64,000 nucleotides of DNA from an uncultured Gammaproteobacteria bacterium (GCA_964522405.1 CAZFTR010000001.1:4602-68601), one strand, 5' to 3'. Shown: positions 11,110 to 21,297, counted from the first letter of the stretch. Numbers and translations are program-made. Notes: generated from the sequence alone by a model not told the origin.

Positions 11110-11241
11110 ATGAGCCAAATTCGTGGGGTTTCAGATACCCAAATAAAATCTGAAATTTCTTTTGTTTACGCATATCTTCTTACAGGTATCATGCTATTGG
11201 TAGCTGTTTTTTTATTCCTGCCTAGAGTCTCGGTAGGATAA
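11110..11241 (+). CDS. Unannotated 43-aa single-TM small protein
   Basis: MSQIRGVSDTQIKSEISFVYAYLLTGIMLLVAVFLFLPRVSVG, directly after a consensus promoter and 18 nt before the next gene. Confidence 0.55.
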   Translation: MSQIRGVSDTQIKSEISFVYAYLLTGIMLLVAVFLFLPRVSVG

Positions 11242-11259
11242 AATATCACAAGTATTTTT

Positions 11260-12129
11260 ATGAGTGTGCAGTCTAAAATTAAAATCTCTCTAACAAGTAT
11301 TTTTTTTGCAATCATGATATTTATTAGTGCAGAGGCAGCACACGCAAATACTAGTAGTGCTTTTTATTTAAACAAAATTAAAGATCAAGCAGTAGATCTA
11401 ACTTCAGATGCAAAAGAATTTATTTCAAACACAGAAAAAACCATGCCATCTGAATTTAAAATATTTATACGTTCGATAAAAGAGCGCTTTTTTATTTTTG
11501 TAACCAGAAACCCGGAACAGAAAATACAAAGACGCCTTGAATACGCAAGAGACAATCTAGAGTTGGCTGATTTATTAAACCAGCAATTAGAAAATGATGA
11601 TTATAAAAGGATTGAGAAGGCTCTAAAAAGGGCAAATAACTATATGGGGGATATTGATATGAACTCAGTTGCTTGGATACCAAAAATTGATCAAGAAAAT
11701 ATGGATGATATCGCCTCCAAGCTTTCAGGGTATCAGATAAAGAGTGAAGATATATTAGATAAAGTTGAATTTCAATTTTCAGGAGAGAATTTGGATAAAT
11801 TTCAAGAATTAAGAGAAGATCTGCTTGGAACTGCCAAAACCATAATTGGAAAATTAAATTTGGAGAGCTTTTCTGGTGATACTAAGCAAAAAATAGTTGA
11901 GGTAAAAAATCAAATACAAACCAGAGAAAAAGATCTAGAAGAATATCAGGCTAAAAGAGAAGCGCTTTTGTATGAAGCCAAGGAGAGTGGAAAAGATACA
12001 CGCATAAAATTAGAAAAATTATACAAAGAACGTCGGGGAACTCTTGGTAAATACCTACAAAGAGCCAAAGAGGGTGGAAAAGAAATAAAGAAGAGTATCA
12101 AGGAGGCGGCTCAAGAAGATACCAGCTAA
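11260..12129 (+). CDS. Secreted helical protein, DUF5667-like
   Basis: Signal peptide; 'IKERFFIFVTRNPEQKIQRRLEYA' resembles the DUF5667 pattern. Confidence 0.6.
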   Translation: MSVQSKIKISLTSIFFAIMIFISAEAAHANTSSAFYLNKIKDQAVDLTSDAKEFISNTEKTMPSEFKIFIRSIKERFFIFVTRNPEQKIQRRLEYARDNLELADLLNQQLENDDYKRIEKALKRANNYMGDIDMNSVAWIPKIDQENMDDIASKLSGYQIKSEDILDKVEFQFSGENLDKFQELREDLLGTAKTIIGKLNLESFSGDTKQKIVEVKNQIQTREKDLEEYQAKREALLYEAKESGKDTRIKLEKLYKERRGTLGKYLQRAKEGGKEIKKSIKEAAQEDTS

Positions 12130-12130
12130 T

Positions 12131-12580
12131 ATGTTTTACTTGATTTTGCCTGATATAAGATCTTGTCACAATGTCGGAGCCATGTTTCGTACGGCAGACG
12201 CTTTTCAAGTGTCTAAGATTTTTTTAGTTGGCTATACAGCTTCACCTCCAAAAATACAAATTGATAAAGTCGCACTTGGTGCTGAAAAATGGGTTCCTTT
12301 TGAAAAGGTCGATGATCTTGAATCTCTATTAAAGAGTTTAAAAGAGAAAGGCATTGAGATCATTGCACTTGAAAAGAATAAAAAGAGTAAAGATATCTCT
12401 AAGATTAAACCTAAAAAGCCAATTGCCCTTATTGTTGGTAATGAGGTGGGTGGGATCAGCGAAGACATATTAAAAATTTGTGATAAGGTTGTTCACATCC
12501 CCATGTATGGAAAAAAAGAAAGTCTTAACGTAAGCATAGCAGCGGGAATTGCTATGTTCGAGCTTCATAAAAAAATTTAA
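12131..12580 (+). CDS. TrmH/SpoU family RNA methyltransferase
   Basis: HNVGAMFRTADAF, IVGNEVGGI, IPMYGKKESLNVSIAAGI. Confidence 0.92.
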   Translation: MFYLILPDIRSCHNVGAMFRTADAFQVSKIFLVGYTASPPKIQIDKVALGAEKWVPFEKVDDLESLLKSLKEKGIEIIALEKNKKSKDISKIKPKKPIALIVGNEVGGISEDILKICDKVVHIPMYGKKESLNVSIAAGIAMFELHKKI

Positions 12581-12661
12581 AAGATATTTATTGTTTAAAT
12601 TATCTGCTTCGGGTATACTATTATTAAATAGACTTTATCTGTCAAATAATAGTATTTTTTT

Positions 12662-13360
12662 ATGCATTTACCAATAGTAGCGCATACAATTTCAGTATTT
12701 GAACAAATGTACGACCGTATTCCTCCTGGTGTTCCGGAAGATATTGTTGCTGAATTAGAAACTCAGCTAAAAAGAATCAAATTAGATCATGATTTGAATT
12801 TAGTTGAGGTGGAAGACGCTATGATAGTTGCTGCCAAGAATCTCTGGCCTTACACCAGAGCTTTTCAGGAAATGTATTCTGCATATGCCCGAGATATGTC
12901 AGAGTCATTATTTTTGCAGATGGCTCAAGTTGGTTTGCGCTCTAAATATTCCAGATTTTTAGATTCCGGAGGAAATTTTGAAGATCTACATCGGGGCGTG
13001 GTAGCAGAATATTTTTCAGCAGAAGAGAGAGTTGAGCTCAGTGCTCTCTTGATAGAAATCCAAAATGAAATAAGAAAATTTGCTACTCAGTCACTTACTC
13101 ATTCGGACAAAGAAATATATCAGGAAAAAATAGAAGAATTTACTCAAATAATGGATCATATTGAAGATGAATTAGATCATCTCAGATCACTTGCAGAGCG
13201 TGAAGATGAGCATCCTCAGCTGATTGCAGAGATTAGAGAGCATATAAGGGCTTTTGAGCATGGTTTTGCTTTCCTGGGGCCTTCTGTGGACTATGAGGCG
13301 GTAAAAAATGCCAGAGGCTATGTAGAAGGTCGAAGATTTAATATTAAGATACGGGTATGA
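12662..13360 (+). CDS. Hypothetical helical protein
   Basis: 232 aa ORF in an operon-like run. Confidence 0.75.
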   Translation: MHLPIVAHTISVFEQMYDRIPPGVPEDIVAELETQLKRIKLDHDLNLVEVEDAMIVAAKNLWPYTRAFQEMYSAYARDMSESLFLQMAQVGLRSKYSRFLDSGGNFEDLHRGVVAEYFSAEERVELSALLIEIQNEIRKFATQSLTHSDKEIYQEKIEEFTQIMDHIEDELDHLRSLAEREDEHPQLIAEIREHIRAFEHGFAFLGPSVDYEAVKNARGYVEGRRFNIKIRV

Positions 13361-13731
13361 GACCAAAAGCAGAACCAACTAGAAAATCTGGATCAGTCGA
13401 AGTAGAGCTAGACACTGATTTAGATGTTGCTTCTGATGATTTTGATGATGATAGTGAAACTTTAAATAGACTTGCAGATGTTGTATCGGAAGAGCAATTA
13501 AGTGAGGGTGAATTTGTAAGATCTTATAGAGATAATGATGTCCTTTCCAGTTTAAACGATGGATTGAACACTGCATATGAAATATTGTCTGATTTGTTGA
13601 GTGGGCAGAAATTTGCCAATGTGTCCCCCGAACAAAGAGTACAGATGGAAAAAAGAATGCGTGATCGTATTGCCCAATATCATAGACAAATCGAAAAAAT
13701 AAAAGATCCTAATAGATTAAAACATGAATAA
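13357..13731 (+). CDS. Hypothetical protein
   Basis: 124 aa ORF overlapping both neighbours by a few nt (translational coupling). Confidence 0.7.
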   Translation: MRPKAEPTRKSGSVEVELDTDLDVASDDFDDDSETLNRLADVVSEEQLSEGEFVRSYRDNDVLSSLNDGLNTAYEILSDLLSGQKFANVSPEQRVQMEKRMRDRIAQYHRQIEKIKDPNRLKHE

Positions 13732-14248
13732 TTCTAAAAAAATAATTTTGGTGGTTGCTAGTCAGGGTTTTCAGCCACATGAATATTTTGGTACCAAAGA
13801 AGTTCTTGAAAATGCCGGACTCCAAGTTCTTACTGCTAGTAATAAAATCGGAATAGCTCACTCAAGTGATGAGAGAGAAACTCAGGTAGATATGCTGGTT
13901 AGTGATATAGATCCCGAATTAGCTGATGGATTATTCTTCATTGGTGGACCCGGTGCTATGGATCATCTAAATAATGAAACAAGTTATCAAGTACTTAGAA
14001 AATGGCAAGAATCTGGAAAACCATTTGGCGCAATATGTATCTCTCCTAGAATTTTGGCCCATGCCGGAGTTTTGAAAGGGAAAAAAGCAACTGGCTGGAA
14101 TGGTGATAGTGAGTTAGAAGGAGTATTTAGTGAATTTAATGTTAATTTATCAAATGAAAACGTTATAATAGATGAAAATATTATAACTGCAAATGGTCCG
14201 GAAGCTGCAGAAGATTTTGGTAGAGCAATTGCAGGACTTTTTTCTTAG
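13724..14248 (+). CDS. DJ-1/PfpI family protein
   Basis: FIGGPGA, GAICISP, ITANGP motifs. Confidence 0.92.
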   Translation: MNNSKKIILVVASQGFQPHEYFGTKEVLENAGLQVLTASNKIGIAHSSDERETQVDMLVSDIDPELADGLFFIGGPGAMDHLNNETSYQVLRKWQESGKPFGAICISPRILAHAGVLKGKKATGWNGDSELEGVFSEFNVNLSNENVIIDENIITANGPEAAEDFGRAIAGLFS

Positions 14249-14267
14249 ATTTTCAAATTATAAATTT

Positions 14268-14292
14268 AAAAAACCCGAGTTATCGGGTTTTT
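14268..14292. terminator. Bidirectional intrinsic terminator
   Basis: AAAAAACCCGA-GTTA-TCGGGTTTTT between convergent genes. Confidence 0.8.
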
Positions 14293-14308
14293 ATATTTTC
14301 TTTGGTAA

Positions 14309-14905
14309 TTATTTTAATTCATATGATCCAAATATTTCTCTACAAGTACACAGATTTCCTAAATGACAAAGTGTTAGCTTTGAAGCTCTGAATTTAAGAG
14401 GTAATTGATCATAAACAGGTTCATTTTTGCATTTCAAACTTATATGACCTTGGAAATTTTCAGGATTTTGATGATCTTTTTTGTAATTTTCTACCCAGTA
14501 TTTTGAAATAGGTTCAACCGGCTGATCTTGGTTAAACATTTCTATTTCTACCTTGTGGGTTAAAATTGAATCTAGTTGTTTCATTATTTCACCATGTAAG
14601 TCAGCAAGCTCTTTTGATGGTTTAATTTCAAAATAGAATGATTTTTTTCCATCAGGTTTAATATGTGTTGAAACTTTTGAAATTTCTAAATCAATTGAAT
14701 TGAATTTTTCGCTAATCTCTCCAAGTTTTTTGTTTATCAAATCAATTCGTGTTTTTTCTATTACTCCCATCGCTAGAGTAATATGAGGAAGATTATTTTT
14801 GTCATTGAATGCTGACAAGGGTGTAAATGTTTTGTTTAAGTTTATTGCAAGGTCAAGAATTTCTTTTGGTGGGATAAGGGCGACATCTATTGCAATTTTA
14901 GACAT
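14309..14905 (-). CDS. 2H phosphoesterase (2'-5' RNA ligase-like) protein
   Basis: Two HxT/S motifs: PHITL and GHISL. Confidence 0.8.
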   Translation of the reverse strand: MSKIAIDVALIPPKEILDLAINLNKTFTPLSAFNDKNNLPHITLAMGVIEKTRIDLINKKLGEISEKFNSIDLEISKVSTHIKPDGKKSFYFEIKPSKELADLHGEIMKQLDSILTHKVEIEMFNQDQPVEPISKYWVENYKKDHQNPENFQGHISLKCKNEPVYDQLPLKFRASKLTLCHLGNLCTCREIFGSYELK

Positions 14906-14925
14906 ATTTTGTAAGAGGCTTGTAT

Positions 14926-16287
14926 TTATTCTGTCTCAATAACAATCATTTGTTCAAGTCTACGAATATCTGCCAGAAGTTCAGATCGATCTTTGTTGAA
15001 CATGATAATATTGAATACACTGCTTCCGCCATGTTTGGCATAAAGACAGGAGTCTCCAATTTTTTTGTTTACGTAAATTCTTTTGAAGGATTTGAGATCT
15101 TGAGCTTTTTTGATACCAGTCATTTTTGAGAGTTTTCCTTCTTTTTGGGCAAAGAATTTCATAGCAACTGTATACCCCTTTACTTTTTTTAGAATTTCAG
15201 GTTTTTTAGGTAATTTAATCAACACATCATTCATGGTGTGGTTTATTCCATAAGAAAATTCATACATCATATGTCGAAAACCACCAACTCGAGGATTAAC
15301 TTCAATTATTTTCCAACCTTCTTCTGTTTTGAGTAGTTCGATGTGCGCGGTTGTGCTGCGAAGCGCAAGCGCATATATAGATTCTGCGGCAACTAACTTT
15401 GCTGTGTCTGCATTTGCTTCGTTTAATAGTGTTGGAGTTATTTGTCTATAGCCGAAGAAATCATCAAATCCAATACTTTTTCCAGGCTTAACATGAACTA
15501 TTGGACAAAAATAAATTTTACCTTTTGGATCAACATATGCATCGATAGAATACATCTCACCTTCCATAAATTTTTCAACCAGCACTTTCGGCTCACCTTT
15601 TCCACCATTCTCTTTGTAAACAGCTTCAATTTTTTTAAAAACTTTTTTCAGGACCTCTTCAAGTTCTTCTCTGTGATAGCAAATAGAAACAAGTCTGCTG
15701 GCAGCAAGGCCAGAAGGTTTGACTATGAGGGGATAGCCCACTTTTTCTTCTACTTCTTTTATAGTTTGCTTTGATAGTTTTTTAACTATGGTAAAAGGAG
15801 GGGTAATCTCAGGATCATGTGCAAAGAGTCTTTCTCGAGAAGCGATTTTGTCGCTGGACCATCTGAGAGATCTAACTGTAGGATTATTTACAAAAGGAAC
15901 ATGAGGAATTAATTTTTTTAGGAGAGGAAGTTCATCTTCTGATCTGGTTGTTAAAACTAAAATCTCATCTTGATAGGGTTTTAATGCTTGTTGAATCGCT
16001 ATTTCAGAAGAAGTGTCGCAGCTAAGTTTAAGGTCAAGCCTATCAATTGCATTTTTAGTAAATTCATCTAATTTTGTTTTGGAATCATAGATAAGTCCAA
16101 TGCGAAATTTTCTTTTTTCTTTTTTCTCGTATGCTTTTATGGCATCAATCATGTGTCCATAAATTTTACCAACATAGAGAATCAGATCTTTTTCTTTTTT
16201 ATTTTTTTCATCTTCGTTTGTGCGAATAACTTGATGATAAAGTTTTCCAACCAACTGTGTAATATTTTTTTCTATCCTTGAAGGCAT
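14926..16287 (-). CDS. ATP-grasp domain protein
   Basis: YPLIVKP, VLVEKFMEGEMYSID, AHIEL, IIEVNPRVGG. Confidence 0.9.
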   Translation of the reverse strand: MPSRIEKNITQLVGKLYHQVIRTNEDEKNKKEKDLILYVGKIYGHMIDAIKAYEKKEKRKFRIGLIYDSKTKLDEFTKNAIDRLDLKLSCDTSSEIAIQQALKPYQDEILVLTTRSEDELPLLKKLIPHVPFVNNPTVRSLRWSSDKIASRERLFAHDPEITPPFTIVKKLSKQTIKEVEEKVGYPLIVKPSGLAASRLVSICYHREELEEVLKKVFKKIEAVYKENGGKGEPKVLVEKFMEGEMYSIDAYVDPKGKIYFCPIVHVKPGKSIGFDDFFGYRQITPTLLNEANADTAKLVAAESIYALALRSTTAHIELLKTEEGWKIIEVNPRVGGFRHMMYEFSYGINHTMNDVLIKLPKKPEILKKVKGYTVAMKFFAQKEGKLSKMTGIKKAQDLKSFKRIYVNKKIGDSCLYAKHGGSSVFNIIMFNKDRSELLADIRRLEQMIVIETE

Positions 16288-16381
16288 AAAATATATAATA
16301 AAATTACGTGGTTTAGTATAACAATTTTTCTGAGCTAGGTCAATGCTCTAAATCAAAAAATTAGCTAGTTTTAGCTAATTT

Positions 16382-17350
16382 TTATAGTGATTTTGGAGAA
16401 ATTTTACTGTGCTCTTTTACAATCGTCGAGATTTTTCTTTTATTTGCTAATCCTTTTTGCGCTCCAAATTCTTGAATAACGCTTACGGCATTGGCAGTTC
16501 CCCATTGCATGGCTTCGGCAATAGTTTTGTTGTTAATAATGGCTCCCATGAATCCACTTGCATAAGCATCACCTGCACCTGTTTTGGCAACAGCTTTTAT
16601 AGGATAGGCTTTCATGAATAGAAAATTTTCTCCATCATAAGTGTACGATCCTTCTGTTCCGTCAGTAATTACAACTGTTTTAACACCTTTTTTATGAATT
16701 GCTTTTAGACTGCTTTTTATATTTCGTTTTGAATTCAAAATAGTTGCAGCTTCTTCTCTGTTTACAAACAAAATATCAGTTTTGTCTAGCATCTCGCAGA
16801 CTTTTTTCAATCCATGCTTGAATTGAAATGAGCCAGGGTTCATGGCAATCTTGATTGAGGGATGTTTCTTTAGGTGAGAACAAAGTTGTTTTTGTAGACT
16901 AGAAAAAGATTTTCCAAGTGAAGTGTAATAGATCCACTTAGTTGCTGGAATTTTCATCAGGCTATAGCTGCGTGGAGCATGATACGAGAGTACTGTTCTT
17001 TCACTTTTATAATTTAGAATAATTGAGTATCTAGTTGCTTTTGATTTAAGGATTTTTATATTACCGGTATCAACTCCTGAATCTTTTAATTCATGTTCTA
17101 TAATATGACCTGTAATATCTTCTCCGAGTTCTGTAATTATTGAAGTACTTAGCCCTAGCTTTTTAAGGCCAACTGCAATATTGGCAGCGTTTCCACCGGT
17201 TGATTGGGCACTGTTTTTGATAGGGGTTTTATCAGCATAATTTATACAAAGAAGCTTCTTGTCCCTGTGCATGCCCACAGAAGAGGACTCGTCGTCTAAA
17301 ACTAGAAATGTGTCAAAAGTTGCGTCTCCAATTGTGACTAGATCAAACAT
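16382..17350 (-). CDS. PfkB family carbohydrate kinase
   Basis: GGNAANIA, VNREEA, TGAGDAYASG. Confidence 0.92.
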   Translation of the reverse strand: MFDLVTIGDATFDTFLVLDDESSSVGMHRDKKLLCINYADKTPIKNSAQSTGGNAANIAVGLKKLGLSTSIITELGEDITGHIIEHELKDSGVDTGNIKILKSKATRYSIILNYKSERTVLSYHAPRSYSLMKIPATKWIYYTSLGKSFSSLQKQLCSHLKKHPSIKIAMNPGSFQFKHGLKKVCEMLDKTDILFVNREEAATILNSKRNIKSSLKAIHKKGVKTVVITDGTEGSYTYDGENFLFMKAYPIKAVAKTGAGDAYASGFMGAIINNKTIAEAMQWGTANAVSVIQEFGAQKGLANKRKISTIVKEHSKISPKSL

Positions 17351-17355
17351 ATTTT

Positions 17356-17664
17356 CTATTTTATTTTTTTGTATTTTTTGAGATCCTGCTTATCGTGCTT
17401 GTGAAGTCCCATATATATTTCAACAATCTCTATTAAAGAAGCTATTGCAAGTCCACCCATTGCAATGATAAAAATTATATTACTAATAAAAAGCGCATAC
17501 ACTAACAAACATGATGCTCCAATCAATTTGACCAAATCTTGGCGTCTTTCTTGCTCTAGGAATACACTATAGGCAAGCAAAAGAGCTCCAATAATGGCAA
17601 CAATATAAACTAAGGCTTCAGTAGTCGTTATGGGTAGATTTGGAAGATATTTTTCTAAAAGCAT
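17356..17664 (-). CDS. Small three-TM membrane protein
   Basis: 102 aa hydrophobic ORF; pattern similar to 31596..31805. Confidence 0.75.
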   Translation of the reverse strand: MLLEKYLPNLPITTTEALVYIVAIIGALLLAYSVFLEQERRQDLVKLIGASCLLVYALFISNIIFIIAMGGLAIASLIEIVEIYMGLHKHDKQDLKKYKKIK

Positions 17665-17703
17665 AGTATTTTTATCGGTGTTTAGTATATCATAGCTCTA
17701 AAA

Positions 17704-19329
17704 TCAATCCAATATGCCATCTGGGAGTTGTTTTTTTATAGAATTTTTATTTTTTAACAAGTATAAAGTATTATTTGGGTTCCAACCTTTGATTTTTTCT
17801 TGCTCAATAACGTCAAATCCTTCGATCGGAGAAAAACTCAGAGCATAATCAGAAGTATTATTCACAAAAACATGACGTATCCACCACGGGCTACCAACCG
17901 GACCATGGGTTTTGTCTGATTCCTGAGCCGACCAGTAAGATTGGAATCCATTCCATTCATATCCAGCATCAATATGGTAAGTTTCCAGATCTGATTTAAA
18001 TAAAATATTTTCAGCCATATTCCATCTGGTTTTGTTCCAATTCATATAAAATGAAGTTTGACTAATGCTAAATATGGCAAAAATTAATAAACAAGTTCCA
18101 ATGGCAATTTTCGATATTTCTTTTTCTTGTAATTTTGCAACTAAAAGGATTGAAATCACAAAGAAAATTGGTAGAAAATATCGATCAAAACTTACAAATA
18201 GTAGAATTGGAATTAAAAATAAAATTCCAAAGAGATATACAAAATTTAACTCCTGTTTTTTTTCAGTTTTGTTTCTTAAAATCATGTAAATCAACCATCC
18301 GGCACTGGCAGCAGATATAATGGTGATAATTCCCAGAATTTTACTCGGAATAAGAGATGTGAATTCACCTCGCAGAACTCCCTGCATCGGTCCAAGTCCA
18401 TTTAGATTTATGATATTTGCTACATAGGGAAATTGCAGTAGTTTAATTTGTCTTATTAGGATCGCAATTATAATTGGGATAAGGGTGGTAGCCAAAAGCA
18501 ATTTGTCTTTGATTTTATTCAAATTTTTAATTCCCCAAGAAATAGAAAAAGGTAAAACAAAAAAACCAATATAAACAAAACTATACCAGAGCCACCAGAG
18601 CCCATTTATCAGAGTTTTTTTCAATCCAGGAATTTCATGGAGAGTAAAAGTATCTGGCAGAAAACCATTTTTCCATAAAAACCAATAAATTAGACAACCG
18701 AGAATTGCTGGGATGCCATAACTCCATAATAGGTTTTTGAATTTGATGTTTTTTAATTGTGTTAGAGAATAAATTCCGGCTGCAATCATGGCAACAATAT
18801 TTGTTTGTCGTGTATATGTTCCAAGAACCACGACAAGTCCAGCAAATAGTAACCAAATCGCTTTTTTGCTTACAAATCCTCTGTAGTACAGGTAAACAGA
18901 TAAGACAATGAAGAAGAGCCCGGGAATATCTGTCATAAAAGTAAAAGACAGATTATAGAAAATTGGATTTAGCCAGATTATTAGCGCAGCAAATAAGGCG
19001 AGTTTTTGTTTTTTGGTTATTTCAGCAATTAATTGATATGTAAGTAGAAGTGTTGCAAGAGACAGTACTAAAGTTGAAATACGTAGAGCAGAAAAAGAAA
19101 AAGTAAAAATTTTAGAAATGCCAACTCCAATAAGAATTGGCACATAAAAAGTCGGTCCGGCAAATGGATTCATGCGAAATTCACCAGTATTTACCCAGTG
19201 TTTGATAATTTCAGAGTGAACCCAGTCATCGTTCAGTGCAAATTCTCCGATTGGTGAAATAAAAACAAATTGGAGTAGAAAAAGTCCAATTATGATTAGT
19301 TGATATTTGTATTTTTTTAGGAAGTGCAT
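17704..19329 (-). CDS. GT-C fold (ArnT/PMT-like) membrane glycosyltransferase
   Basis: LNDDW acidic motif in first loop, FMTDIP, many TMs; likely start MHFLKKY at 19329 rather than 19527. Confidence 0.8.
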   Translation of the reverse strand: MHFLKKYKYQLIIIGLFLLQFVFISPIGEFALNDDWVHSEIIKHWVNTGEFRMNPFAGPTFYVPILIGVGISKIFTFSFSALRISTLVLSLATLLLTYQLIAEITKKQKLALFAALIIWLNPIFYNLSFTFMTDIPGLFFIVLSVYLYYRGFVSKKAIWLLFAGLVVVLGTYTRQTNIVAMIAAGIYSLTQLKNIKFKNLLWSYGIPAILGCLIYWFLWKNGFLPDTFTLHEIPGLKKTLINGLWWLWYSFVYIGFFVLPFSISWGIKNLNKIKDKLLLATTLIPIIIAILIRQIKLLQFPYVANIINLNGLGPMQGVLRGEFTSLIPSKILGIITIISAASAGWLIYMILRNKTEKKQELNFVYLFGILFLIPILLFVSFDRYFLPIFFVISILLVAKLQEKEISKIAIGTCLLIFAIFSISQTSFYMNWNKTRWNMAENILFKSDLETYHIDAGYEWNGFQSYWSAQESDKTHGPVGSPWWIRHVFVNNTSDYALSFSPIEGFDVIEQEKIKGWNPNNTLYLLKNKNSIKKQLPDGILD

Positions 19330-19441
19330 ATTGTAAATGCTTGTCTCGCCCAAAGGATGGGATCCCGTCCAGTGAAAATTGGCGGGAAAAGGCTTAAAAA
19401 GCCTGAGAGATGACAGCGCTGTTATCCATAGTCTCCATTGT

Positions 19442-19520
19442 CGCCCATTCCACGTTCGCCGACAAGGGACTAAGAACAGGCGGCGCGCGAGCACCAGCCA
19501 GGCGCGTGTTGATTTACCAG
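19442..19520 (-). repeat. 79-bp GC-rich direct repeat, copy A
   Basis: Identical to 19875..19953. Confidence 0.95.
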
Positions 19521-19744
19521 CCACCACCTTTGTTGTCTCTGCGGTTGGCGATGTGACCTGACAACGCCAGAGGCCAGACGATCCAGGCGATGAGAGCCGG
19601 GAAGCTCAGAACTTCCTCCCTCGGCATGGGGTTCCGCCTCGACTTTTCCATGCCCAGGTCTTTGGCGATGTAGATCAGGGCGAAAATGCCCAAGAACAGG
19701 TATCCGGCCAGGATACTGAGAGCAATCAAATCACTGGTGCTCAA
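19514..19744 (-). CDS. Small two-TM protein (76 aa, TTG start), paralog of 19947..20182
   Basis: AGGAGG SD before TTG; GC-rich; ends ...KGGGW-TAA inside the repeat. Confidence 0.65.
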   Translation of the reverse strand: MSTSDLIALSILAGYLFLGIFALIYIAKDLGMEKSRRNPMPREEVLSFPALIAWIVWPLALSGHIANRRDNKGGGW

Positions 19745-19874
19745 AACCTTTCCTCCTTTCGCGGTTTTGCAATGTTGATTATAACAGTAAATAATTTTTT
19801 TTTCTATGGTTGGTTTCCAAATAAAAACCCTCCTTTTTAAGGGGGTAATAATGGTTAAAATAGTTCCCTTTCGC

Positions 19875-19953
19875 CGCCCATTCCACGTTCGCCGACAAGG
19901 GACTAAGAACAGGCGGCGCGCGAGCACCAGCCAGGCGCGTGTTGATTTACCAG
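19875..19953 (-). repeat. 79-bp GC-rich direct repeat, copy B
   Basis: Identical to 19442..19520. Confidence 0.95.
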
Positions 19954-20182
19954 TCTCCTTTTTTTTCTTCTTTTCGTCTCTGATCTCGATCAGGTAGCCG
20001 GCCAACATGAAGGGGCCTGCCATCAGCCCGAAGAGCCAGATCATGACACCGAATTTACTGGTGTCGGTGGGATTTCTTTCTTCTTCGCCCTTGCCGTGGT
20101 CACCGGTGACGTACAAGAGGGCGCCGAAGCTGAGGATGGCGTAGCCCCCGACCAGGCTGAGAATCATCAGGGCAGTGCTCAA
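19947..20182 (-). CDS. Small two-TM protein (TTG start), apparently frameshifted in an A8 tract near its 3' end
   Basis: AAGGAG SD; one extra A at 19959-19966 gives ...KKGDW-TAA, matching the paralog's ...GGGW-TAA. Confidence 0.55.
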
Positions 20183-20325
20183 AGTTCTCTCCTTGTTGCG
20201 ATTTTGCAATATTGATTCTAGCAGGAAATAAAATTATTGTCTACTTTGCTTATAAAGAAAAAAGCCTCACCCTAGAAAAGGCGAGGCATAGTTTTTACTA
20301 TTGTTCACTGTTTATTGATCATTGC

Positions 20326-21297
20326 TTACTGTTCAGGCTCCCAAAGATTAATATATTCAATAGCACTAAGCGCAGCAGTCGCACCTTGCCCAGCAGAAAT
20401 ACTAATTTGTTTAAAAGGAATATTAGTCACGTCTCCGGCAGCGAAAAGTCCAGTACAATTTGTTTTGCAGCGAATATCTACTTCTATTTCTTTTGCTTTG
20501 TTTTTACTGGCACATTCTACAAATCCGGAATTTGGGATCATGCCAATGTGGACCATGACACCATTTATTCCATCAACTTGTTTTTCTTCTTCTGATCCAT
20601 TTTCTTGGTATTTAATACCAGTTACCATTTCATTGCCAAGTATTTCAGAAGTAAAACTATTGTAAATTATTTCTACATTTGATTTTTCTTTTACTTTGTC
20701 TACTAAAATTGTTTCACCTTTTGGAAAGCCTCCTAGATTGGACTCTGGATACTTGGTAACTAGATAAACTTTTTCAGCAATTTCTGCCATCATTAGAGCA
20801 GATTCGAGAGCTGCATTTCCTGCTCCAATAGTTGCTGTTGTTTTTCCTTTGTAGAGTGGTCCGTCACAAACCGTACAAAAAGTCACGCCTTTGTTTTTGT
20901 ATTCATTTTCTCCGGGAATTTTCAGTTCTCTAGGGTGAATGCCACTGGCAACTATCACAGCTTTGGTCTGGTATTCTTTTTTTTCACCGGAAAAATTTTC
21001 TGCGTGAACTACATGGTAGTTTTTTACTTGTTCAATTGATTTTACTTCAAAGCCATTATCAAATTGCACTCCATAGGAAAGAGCATGCTTGTGGAAATTT
21101 TGGGAAAGTTCAATTCCAGAAATAGTTTCAGTTCCAGGCCAGTTCTCTACAACTCCAGACAAAGCAACTTCACCACCAATGTCTTTGCTGACCACCACAA
21201 AATTCAATTTTCTGCGAGCAGCATAAATTGCAGCAGTACAACCTGCAGCTGCAGCTCCGATGATCACTAGATCAAGCATTTTTTCTTGATTTTCCAT
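20326..21297 (-). CDS. trxB: Thioredoxin-disulfide reductase
   Basis: CTVCDG redox motif, FAD and NADPH motifs, GLFAAGD. Confidence 0.9.
   Translation of the reverse strand: MENQEKMLDLVIIGAAAAGCTAAIYAARRKLNFVVVSKDIGGEVALSGVVENWPGTETISGIELSQNFHKHALSYGVQFDNGFEVKSIEQVKNYHVVHAENFSGEKKEYQTKAVIVASGIHPRELKIPGENEYKNKGVTFCTVCDGPLYKGKTTATIGAGNAALESALMMAEIAEKVYLVTKYPESNLGGFPKGETILVDKVKEKSNVEIIYNSFTSEILGNEMVTGIKYQENGSEEEKQVDGINGVMVHIGMIPNSGFVECASKNKAKEIEVDIRCKTNCTGLFAAGDVTNIPFKQISISAGQGATAALSAIEYINLWEPEQ

Noticed and set aside
17704-19527. 607-aa N-terminally extended glycosyltransferase
   Set aside because: The extension is a translation of the 79-bp repeat and spacer; the family-like sequence starts at Met 19329.
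19442-19953. 79-bp direct repeats as CRISPR, attC or DGR template/variable repeats
   Set aside because: Only two copies, too long and too far apart for CRISPR; no AAC...GTT boxes; no adenine-specific mismatches and no cas or RT gene in the window.
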